From Macrostomum hystrix (taxonomy: Eukaryota > Animalia > Platyhelminthes): DNA of 64,000 bases. The stretch spans positions 18,166,001-18,230,000 of the forward strand of contig CATNEN010000001.1 in NCBI GenBank assembly GCA_950097015.1, read 5' to 3'. The notes beneath the pieces were generated by a model that saw only the letters and a list, made by a program, of their open reading frames with translations, did no database searches and had not been told where the DNA came from. Numbering within the stretch: position 1 is the first letter of the stretch; each line of letters starts with the position of its first letter. The position numbers were made by a program, and so were the translations under genes. Below are positions 24,540 through 35,300 of the stretch, piece after piece.

Positions 24540-26608
24540 AGATCATCGATTGCAAACCCGCGATTATTTCACTATGGAAACTAAGACACTGTCAATGGCA
24601 TGTGCATTGAACATCTGCATCAAGGTCAGATTTCTGCGAAACTGGTAGATCTAGACTCAGCAGACTGTACAGTGCTAATTTTTTAGCATCTTTCATGCTT
24701 ATTAGATAAGGCAGCAATAACTTTCTATTTTGTTTTATTACCGTTTTAAATTTCATTTCACAAATGAGATTTGAGTTTAGTGCTCAAATTAGTTTGTTGT
24801 ATCTCATAATTGAGATATTGTTTGTTTTGTTTAAATTTTTTAGTCGCAGTTGGTCTAGCTATTGTACTGATTTTTCACTGTTTCAAAAATATTGCGCGCT
24901 ACACAGAGGCTAGCAGAAGGCCTATATTTATAATCACAGCATTTAAGCCATATAAGGTAGTGAGTGTAAAGTTAGGCCTAACCTTAAATAAAAACAACTT
25001 CCAATTTTTTTGTATTCTCAAATATTTATAGTCATGAATTGCTGTTAAACTACATTTTAGTAAAAAAAGTAAGGGAGTAAGTATATTGAAGAAGCATAAC
25101 GAGAAAGAAAGCAGTGCAAAACAATTGTAACACAATAAATATCTTTATATGTATTTCACAATATTTATATATTACTTGTTCCTTAGGATGTTAGGCCACA
25201 CAAAACGAAACCTATAAAGCATATTAATATAATGTTATATTATAATAGCTATAACACTCTTAAGTTATTCGTATACAAACATATCTATGCAGAATATCAA
25301 AGTAACAAATGAGAAAAAATAAATGTATTGGACTAACTAACGCAAAGTTTATATATAAACTAGAAGCTTGGGAGCTGTAAAAATAGGCACAAAAATGCCT
25401 ACTAAAAACTTTGTTTACATTTCAGCTCAATTTTTAGTTTGGACAATTCCAGAAACAACTATAAAAGTAGTGAAATTGGCTTTTTGTTTTATGATTAGGC
25501 AGCCAAATATTAACTTCTGGCTATAACAAAGAATTTAATATAGTTATTCATTTAAATTTCAGATAGAATAACATTTAGAATTTGTTTCAAAATATGCAAG
25601 AAGCCACGGTACATTTCAGCAATGGCTACAACTATTGAATTTGATAAGCAGCATTAAAGCAATATGCTTAAAACATTCAGCAGATAGAATAGGTATACAA
25701 GAAATAAGTGAACCTTATATAAAAATTTTTTTTCATACATTTTTGTATGAGACTTAATATTGTTATGATTATAAGAGATATATATAATAGGCAGGTATGT
25801 AGCATGTAAACAAAATATAAACATAACAAAGAAACATTTAATAGCTTCAATATAAGCATATAAGTATGCAACCACATTATCTATAAAATGTTTTGTATGA
25901 AGAATTAAACTGCAAGTACCCTTAATGTAACTTTTTTAAACTTTTATTTTAAGTGTACAACAATGTTAATGTTTGAAGCTATGACTCTAGTTTCATATGT
26001 TATCGACAACTGTTATTATAAAATTTTTTCAGATGGAGAATTCAAGACAAGCATATACCCACAAAATATACTTTGATAATATTTTCTGTACTCTTTCTTC
26101 ACCTAATGAATGTTCTGTTTCAATAAATTTAAGTAAACTTGCATTTGAATCTATGCATTTTGAATAACTGTTAGTGAATAAAAAAGTGTTTATTTATTCT
26201 CACAACAACATATGATCGAGTCTTCTGGGTTCAATTTGCGTTTTATTTTATTTTCATTTTGAGAGTTGAAGGAATCTTCGAGCAAGCTAAGGTATCAACC
26301 AAGCAATCCTCTATTTTCGCATGCTATTTATTTTTAGTCTGCTGTCTTTTTTGACTGATTAAAAGCACACCAAACCTGGTAATTAAGCATTTAGCACCTA
26401 ACTTTAAATTATCTTTTTGCGTCGAAGTAGGGTTAATAGCTAACAAAATAACCAGAGTCATTGTGACTCTGAGAATTAGCTGTGTGACTTTGAAATTACC
26501 TTAGGCTTATATACGGTTGGGGCCAAAGATATGTACTTTCGGCAGCTTGATTTAGGTAACCATTGTTCGTGATATGCAGATCTAACATTACTTTTAATGC
26601 ATATTTAG

Positions 26609-29600
26609 TTACAGCTCCGGAGAAACTTCCATTCGGCGAAATAACAACAAACGAACATCCCGCGAAATTGTAGCTAATAGAGATGTTGTCTTGCGCAGTG
26701 TCGTGACACGGAGGTCGTCCAAATGATGGCACATGTCGGTGCCGCTAGGAAAAGTGTAGGACACGTAATGACCGGCATCGACCTGATGTCCAAGGTGAAC
26801 TATCGCGCTTATTAGCTCATACCGATGGTTGTAGTACTCTATATCGTAATGCAAGTCGAAACTTGTTCTGTTCTTGATTAATTCATTTTGGCTTTGGTCT
26901 AGCCTGTTTAGAATGATGCACAGGACAGGTGGTGCATTTTGAGGCCATCTGTTATGGACGCATCGGCCGGCACGACAACTTGAGCACGGGATGTCGTCAG
27001 CCACTGATGGATGCAGCGCCGATCTTACAAGCTGACTAAGCTGTTGACCGTCAGCTGGCTGCACTACGAGAAAAAACTCAGTTGAGCCTGTTGGCGTAGC
27101 AAGTGCACCACAGTGCACGCAGAGAACGGACTCGCTGAACTAAGAAAACAAAAGCAAATCTTTTTTCTTATGGAGACAGAACTTAAAAAGGAAAAGCGGA
27201 AAATCAGTTGTAATCAGTGCGAAAAACCTAACTTACCTCTAGTCGGAACTGCAACTGAAGACACGGCTTCAGTGTTAAAGGCACAAAGAACTCGACGCAA
27301 TCGTGAAATTCGTTAACGTCCAGTTGACCTTCGACGCAGCATTCATTTAGAGCTAGATTAAACGATGATTCGCTGAATCCTAGTCCGTTTGAGATTAGGC
27401 TAACAAGCTTCACTATATGGGACTTTTTCGTCCTCTGTAAAGGTGCGTCCTGATAGAGCTGCAGAAACGGCGTTAATACTGGAATTATACCAGCACAACT
27501 TTCCTGACTCATTGGGCAAGCCAGATGGGCGGTATGCAAACGTAGAGCACCGCACTGTAACAAAGGAGGCGACATCCTCGACCGAATCTGCGATATCGGT
27601 TATCTCAACAGTAGCTGGAAACTGTACAGTTGATACGCCTGAAGTCTGTCTGTTACTAGCTTGACTAGTTCGCTTTGGAGCCAGCTCGAATTCACGGCGA
27701 TAGAGCTTTCTCTGCTCATTTCGCTCTTGAGCTGAAAAGCCTTTGCGCCGATGCATGGAATTCGGTCGCGTTCGTCTTAAGAGCAGGTCAAGTTTTTTTG
27801 GCTTTTTAGGATCCCGACGTAGTCCGATTTTTGTCTTGACTGATGAAATATGTGAGCACGATACCTGCGACACACAAGAGCAAGTAGCGACACTCTCGTC
27901 GAAGGAAACAACGTTGTGTCGACCAGCTATATTTGTGACGATAAAATTTCCAAGAGTCTCATTAAAAGTCACTTTGTTTGCCTCTTCTAGCATCCGAATG
28001 CGGCTCGTCTCATCAATACTATCATCTAGATCAGTCCGAATCGGAAATCCAGTTCTGGCTGAAGAGGAGTCTGGAACAGGTGCATCTTCCATAGTTAAAG
28101 GCGTGGAATTAGGGAGCGGCTGAGCTCTGCCTGTCGAGTCCTGCATGGCATCCGTGTATGAAGTTAGATGAGCAACATTTACGTCGATTGAGGAGACCAC
28201 TGAAACTTGACAAGCGGAATGCAGGCTTACTGTCGAACCTCTCTGTAAGTGGGCAATAATCTGCTCAAGCGACATTGTTGGTGATAGTGTAACACTGTCT
28301 GGCGTTTGTCTTAAATATTCATATTCTTTCTTAAGAACGAAATTCCCCTGTCCACAGAGACCGCGCAAAATCTCATTCCTGTAGTACACAGAAATTCTAT
28401 ATAGATGGATGAGGCAGTCGTCAAGTGGTACTTGCTTGAAGTTTTGCATCCGTTGTAGGACTGCATTTAAGGACTCTGACTGATTTTGCGTGACTCCAGT
28501 GATTGGACAATAGAATGATCCAAGCAGCCACTTGCCAAAAAACTTTGGGATCAGAGGGTGCACATACTTCTCAAAGTACTTAGCAAAATTAGCATGCCAG
28601 TTTTTCTTGACTTCTTCGTACTGCTCGATGTACTCCTCCTCGTTGTCAGACTCCAGCAGAGACAGTAGGTTTGACGACAGGATATGCTCATCATCTACAG
28701 TGCCACCGTGCTTCCGTACCCAAAATCTGACGTCTCTCCTCAGATGGTTCCAGCAGCCAAAAAACTTAATGTTAGGTAAGACTGACTTCATTGCCGTCCT
28801 CAGTGCAACTTCGCCATCCATGACGCAGGCAAGATCAACTGTTGATAATGCAGGTAAAGAGGCTTTAGCTTCCTCCCAAAGTTGCCTATGTCGAGCTTCA
28901 AGCTTTCGGTCATGAACGAGAAACAACACGGGGCAAATTGGGTTCCCATGAAACATAGGGAGACGCATGACAAGTGGAGAAACAAGAGCACCAGTCATTT
29001 CAAAACCGGTGTCGTACGATAGGAGTTGCTTTTTGTCTCTCAAAAGCAGGACGCGGTTTAAAAGTTCGACAAGTTCTACATGGCCTGCAGTTACCGCTAC
29101 ATCTGGAAACGTTTGAATGCTCCGAACGAAGCCTGGAATTTCATTTGCAATGATGTGCACATTGCTTATCGCGTCACCACTAAGCTTGTTCATGGCAGAC
29201 AGAGTCTGTTTTAGATTTTGCACTTGTTTAAAATTGCGAGGTAGGCACGCTGGGTTGCTAGTCGAATTTCCTGAGTGAAGATGGTAGGCTTGCGACGGCG
29301 CATTATGAGCTAGATCAACTCTCATTTTCTCCAGCAATGATGGGCAAGTTCGTAGATAGGGCCCACAGCGAACGCTATTTCCATGGTAGACACTGTGAGC
29401 ATCTGGCTGCACACTTGAGCTGCCAACATAGTGAACCAGAGTTTTTCTAAAAGCGAGATAAGAAAGTTCAAGAAGACATTCACACACAGACTAATGGAAG
29501 GAACTTAGAAATGTAATTATTTATTTACGCTTTGTTGACATCTCTTGTCCCATCAGCTAAAATTTGGTATGCATGTCGAACAAATAGTCGCGAAAGTTGG

Positions 29601-31845
29601 CCACCGGCAAGTCGAGACGAATATCTGTACTTGTACAGCTGTGGCTGTCTCCTGAAATAAATAAAAACTATTTTGCAGCTTGAAAAGTTATAAATTATCC
29701 CAATGTCAATGTGGTAGATCCAGGTGCCACCTGCCAGGATCCAGGTGCTAATTACCATGTCTATCGTTGTTGGGCATGTACTCGCTGCATTCTTGTTTGG
29801 TACTTACTCTTGAGGCTCGTGTGCTTTGTGAGAGCATTTTTAGTTAGAATTTAATTTTTTGGAGGATGAGCACCAGAGTTTTGGAGATTGGGATTTTGTT
29901 CTATGCTCTATACGCCCTATGCTCTACGTGGATGCCGAGCCCAACGGAGAAGTCCTGACACCGGCGCACTTCCTGGTCCTGCAGCGTCGGACGGCCGAAC
30001 CGCACGCCCGAGCTACTCCTGCCATTGCCAACCCTGCTGAATCGGATGCGCGCGAAACTGCATGCCTTCTGGGACTGCTGGGAGCGACAGTACCTGACCA
30101 GCTTAAAAGATCATCGGCTCACTCCCAAGCACGGCATTGTCCGAGAGGCGGAGGTCGGCGACATCGTTCTGGTGAAAGGCGAAGCTGGACAAACGAGACT
30201 TGCCTGGTGCACTGGCGTCATCGAGTCGGTGCATCCTGGCCGAGACGGCGAGGTCCGATCGGCGACAGTTAGAGTCGCGCCCAAGCCGGGCCGTGGTCCC
30301 AGGAGATGCATGATCCGCAGACCGGTAGAAAATCTGATTTTACTGGAAGCCGTGACCGAATCAACTTTGCTATGGACTGTTATAATTTACTGACTGTTAT
30401 TGATGCTCGCTCGTTGATCAATCTTTTTGAAATTTCGAATGGGAGTCGATTTCCATGCTAAATAATTTCTCTTCAATCGTTTTTTGTTAACTTCTCGTAT
30501 TGGTGGTGGTGGTGGTATGCTACTGTTGCATAACTGTTTCTTCATTTCGAAGTATTTTGCTATTCCGTAGACTTTTCATACTGTACGGTAGCACAATCAT
30601 TTCCGGGTACCGTAATGAGGAAGCATCATTAGGGGGATAGTGGTGGATTTGAGTGCCTGCCTGCCCCATTGCTATGTGTAGCATCGTCACGTGTACGCCT
30701 GGCGCTTCCCCCTTCTCTGTGTGCGTGTTGCATGTGCATTGTGGGGTAGGTGTCGCGTCAGAGAGAGAGGGGGGATAGAGAGAGTGGATGTACGTGCGTG
30801 CAACCTATCACTAAGCTTTGAAGGTATAAAATATAAAGCAACTGTTGGCCATAGGCCTCTGAGACCTTTTCTCTGCCTTAACAACCTCAGAGTGAGTTAT
30901 TCATTCCTTAACAGTCAACAACAGTAAAGATAGCAAAATAGTTAATATTGGCAGAGTGTAGATCTAGAACTATCAAACAGTAGGATGCCATTTTGCTTTA
31001 TTTCTTAAATGGACATATTGTTACAGGTATGCGCCTGTACTCTGCATGCAGATTCCCACCCTTTGCTACCAATTAAGTATCTATGTTGTCTATTTAAAAC
31101 CCTCTCTTTGAAATTTTTTAAACTTATTCGGCGGATAAACACTTTAACCCTCATTGCTCAAGCGTATTTTATTAGAAGCCGCTCCGATATACGATAATAA
31201 TATATATATTAGGACGTATTTTTATACCCTTCTCCAGTCGTAAAAATGCAGTTTCGTAAATTGTATAATAAATTATAAATTGAATTTAATTATAAATTAT
31301 ACTCTTTTACTATAGAAGTAAGCGTCTTGTTATCATGAAATTAACTTTTAATTTTGCGCATTAATTAAATCTTCTTGTTCTCATTTGAGATTCATAATTA
31401 CATAAAATTTCTTGTTACAGCATTAACCTTGTAAAATATATATTTTTATTTACCAAATTATTTTGAGTACAATATTTATAAAGTCTCACATTAAGTAATA
31501 GAACCCATTAACCCAATACATTTTAAACAGTGTTAATACATTTTTAATACAATACATTTAAGTATGAAAAATATGTGCTTTAAACAATTATAAGCTTCTC
31601 TAAACTTGTTAACACACATAAAAATAATCGTTATTCTATCACCTCGGCAAACGATCGCGTCCTTTATCGGACCACTGATAGCCATCTGCTTTCCAGTCGT
31701 TAGCATGTACGGCTGACTGGGGATTAAATAACAGGAGTGAGCCTTCACTCGGTCTATACAGTGGTGCACTAATTGTGAGAAAATTATCAGATGCATCCGG
31801 TTGGCCTCTAATAATCCGAAGAGCAATTGCCGCTGTTAGACTCAT
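26609..31845 (-). CDS. MULE transposase: CG-1-like N-terminus, DDE core, SWIM finger, C-terminal USP/UCH (peptidase C19) domain; one frameshift at ~27424-27428. Exons 31845-31643, 29651-29529, 29446-27237, 27139-26609
   Basis: RPSEGSLLLFN...DWKADGYQW; LVHYVG..HGN; LSYDTGF (D); VMDGE (D); CWNH; NQSESLN (E); CSCVSQVSCSH. USP motifs: GLPNESGKLCWYNSSINAV, FHDCVEFF, CVHC/CSSC, YELISAIVHLGHQVDAGHYVSY, HLDD. Splice phases are consistent. Confidence 0.85.
29912..30923 (+). mobile_element. 5'-truncated BEL/Pao LTR-retrotransposon fragment (integrase C-terminus, PPT, 3' LTR) in a MULE intron
   Basis: RPMLYV...LTPAHFL; FWDCWERQYLTSL..VGDIVLVK..W..GVIESVHPGRDGEVRSATVR..RRPVENL (DUF5641-like). Purine tract agggggatag, then TG...CA segment 30641-30923. 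Confidence 0.8.
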
Positions 31846-32305
31846 GCAAATGACTTGTATAGAAATGTAGAAGCAGAGCAAGAAATAACTGAAATGAAAA
31901 TTCAAACGAAATCACCGAGTCTGCTTTAGTTGCTTATTTTTTTTAATAAATGATAATTTTTTAAGTGTTCCTTACATCCGAGTCACCATGCAGTGTAGTC
32001 CTGATGGCCATTTCGGCGAAAAGTTAAAATTATTCATTTGTTTTTTTCTGCGTTTCAATTTTTCATTTCCAAAAATGTATAATGAATATTTACATATGGA
32101 TTTTTCACATTTAATTTGCGAACATCTGTATAAAAAATAATTTTTTTACATTTTGTTATACCCTGTAAGTGCGCCAGGGGCGGTGCGTCGAGGCTTTTAG
32201 GAGGACCCAGCTCAGTTTAGCTACTCGAACGCACCCAATGTTACATTAATACGCGACCATAAAATATATTCGAAACTTGGGACAACTTTTTTAGCTTTAG
32301 CCACA

Positions 32306-35300
32306 ATGCAGAGACGCCAGTTATGTTTTGTTACATTTCTTTTGTTGTCCATAATTTTTCTCTGCATATTGTTTCCAACGGTAGCTGTTAATGTAGATGA
32401 AGATGAACCACTAGCTGAGATGATTAAATCTTTGCTTCCAATTAAATTTCTAGAAAATGGTCAGATTAGCCAAAAAGCTCCTACTAAATTTCACGCTAAG
32501 GACGTAAGATCAAATGACCCTTTAAAGAATGCAGAAAAAATGTTTCATGGCTTAGAAAATATCTTCAAAAGTCTTAATGAACCTGACAGTGGTAACTGTC
32601 ATTATGAGTGTCCAAATGGTAAGCCATGCAGGGACCCTGTTAAAGTATGTTCACCTAGTAGCCTTGGCATTTATTTTTTATTGAAGTCAATGTGTTTATT
32701 GAAAGCAACTATTTAAATAAGAAGTGTGATGCAGGATGTCATGCCATATGCCTATTCTACTTTTCTTCTGGAATTTGTACTTTTAGTTTTTTTATTTTTT
32801 AGGCTTGGGGTAGACTGTTGAATGCTCATTAAATTTGAGGTTTTTCTAATTGCTTTTTGCCTTAGTATTCTAATTAATTATATTCTATATGTTAGTAGTA
32901 TATTATTATATTGAAACTGAAATCTAGTTACATATAATTCCATCTTTTTAACCTAATTTTGTTTAATAATTTTTTGTTGTCCCTATTATCACCTTTAATT
33001 GCCAAAATTTACGTGTGTACCAATAGAATAGGTAATATTAGGCCCTAGCCTAGCTGTATATAATATATACTACTGCCTAGCTAGGCCTTATCAAAATACC
33101 TTAGATATACATGTATTTTTATAGGACTTTATGTCATATACTATTCAGCAAAAAGTCTAGGCAAAATTTTAGCCTTAGCTTTGCAATGCTAAATGAACTT
33201 TATCTGTAACATTAAAAGAAGTAAAGTTAAGGATTTATCTTGCTGTTTATAAAATTGTGGCCTTGAGGGGTTTATTAGTCAAATCTTAAATCTGTTTTAC
33301 ACTATATTGTGTGAGAAATTCAGAGTATCTAATATTTGAAGTATATAAATATATGGCAGAGCTTATTCCCATGGTCCTATGCCGATAATTTCAAATTTAT
33401 CCACACAGATCCGTGCCAATAATTTTCTGCTTATCCACACAGCAGCTTGTATGAATAGGTCTACAACTAAGAAAATTGTTCAGCAAAAGCATTGGGACAT
33501 TGTTTTAACTCTCAAGAATTTAACGCCTAAGTCCAAAGGACACACAATCGTAAAGATTCGCAGAGGAAAGCGCAGAACTAGTTAACATGCTTTCGTCGAG
33601 TTTCTAAAACCTTATTTTCATATGGGAACAAGTCAGTAGTATCATTTGCACATGTGCATCATATCATATTTCAAGCATGTGTGCAATACAAATGTCAGCG
33701 TGATTCTTCATGCGATTGTTAGCAACATTACATGTTATTCGAAATTAATGATTATTTGAAATTTAACGTGTGCATTGCTCGTAATTAAAAGAGGCCCTAC
33801 TACAGGTACTGCAGGTTCTGGACATCATGTATGGCCAGTTGTATATAGTACATGAAAATTGCTACACAGTTCCTGTAAAATATGTGCTTTAAGTTCTTAA
33901 AGTTATCGGCAAAACAAGCTGCCGTGTGGATAAGCAGAAAATTATTGGCATGGATCCGTGTGGATAAAATTTAAATTATTGGCACGGGACCGTGGGAATA
34001 AGCACTTCCTAAATATATTGCTTATGTATGTAAATGTATATTATTATATGCCAAAGCCAAAGTTTTAATGATTTTTATTGCTTATTTGTCTCCTAAATTT
34101 ATAGCAAACTCCTAAACGAGTGTGATATAATAGCAATCAAAGTTAATTTTTTATTTAGATAATTTCATCATTACTTAGGTTTCACATGTTATCAGCCAGA
34201 GCAAATATTCCACTAAGCATGAAAAATATCCCACAGGCGGGAAGCCAACACTTAAGCCTGGCTTTAAGACTGTGCCTAATGGCTGTGGCTCACATGGATT
34301 CAAGGTGATGACCGGGTTATGGCAATCCTTAGCCTGACATAAATATTATTTTATAAGCTTGCCTACTGTCTATAAAAACATTGCGTATTTTCGCTACAGA
34401 TTGATGTCTCTTCTCTGCCTGGCCTAACCGACTGCTGCAACCAGCATGACATTTGCTATGGCACCTGTGGCAAGGGTCAGGCTGAGTGTGACCGGGCTTT
34501 TAACACCTGCCTTGCTGATTCCTGCCTGCAAATGAGCCACACTGGCATTGTTAAAACTGACAAGGCTTTGGAAGGTTTGTGTCTTCCTGACAATGTCACT
34601 GTCCCTGCTAAAACCATTTAGGGCCATTTCCCCTCTGCTTCAGAGTTATTGTCCCCGATTCTTCAGGGTTATTGTCCCCGATTCTTCAGGGTCATTGTCC
34701 CCGATTCTTCAGGGTTATTGTCCCCGATTCTTCAGGGTTATTGTCCCCGATTCTTCAGGGTTATTGTCCCCGATTCTTCAGGGTTATTGTCCCCGATTCT
34801 TCAGGGTTATTGTCCCCGATTCTTCAGGGTTATTGTCCCCGATTCTTCAGGGTTATTCTCCCTGATTCTTCAGGGTTATTGTCCCAGATTCTTCAAGGTC
34901 ATTGTCCCCGATTCTTCAGGGTTATTGTTCCAGATTCTTCAGGGTTATTGTCCAGGATTCTTCAGGGTTATTGTCCAGGATTCTTCAGGGTCATTGTCCC
35001 CGATTATTCAGGGTTATTGTCTAGGATTCTTCAGGGTTATTGTCCCCGATTATTCAGGGTCATTTCCTCGATTTTTCAGGGTTATTATCCCAGATTATTC
35101 AGGGTTATTGTCCCCGATTCTTCAGGGTTATTGTTCCAGATTCTTCAGGGTCATTGTCCCCGATTCTTCAGGGTTATTGTCCCCGATTCTTCAGGGTTAT
35201 TCTCCCTGATTCTTCAGGGTTATTGTCCCTGAATCTTCAGGGTTATTGTCCCCTCTGCTTCAGAGTTATTGTCCCCTCTGCTTCAGAGTTATTGTCCCCG

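Larger units (their letters stand above)
21661..32208 (-). mobile_element. Mutator-like element (MULE), 43-bp TIRs, 9-bp TSD
   Basis: TIR gggtcctcctaaaagcctcgacgcaccgcccctggcgcactta is mirrored at ~32166-32208. TSD agctcagtt at 21652-21660 and 32209-32217. Confidence 0.93.
16961..32236. mobile_element. PIF/Harbinger transposon with nested insertions, 3-bp TSD
   Basis: TIR gggtgcgttcgagtagctaaact / agtttagctactcgaacgcaccc. TSD aat at 16958-16960 and 32237-32239. Carries a Myb/SANT gene and a HARBI1-like transposase in convergent orientation. Confidence 0.92.

Noticed and set aside
26609-27560. Independent host USP gene
   Set aside because: It lies inside the MULE TIRs and its Cys box is in frame with the transposase ORF.
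33395-33970. DnaA-box-like TTATCCACA motifs in inverted pairs
   Set aside because: They are subterminal repeats of a MITE in a eukaryotic intron, not a bacterial origin.
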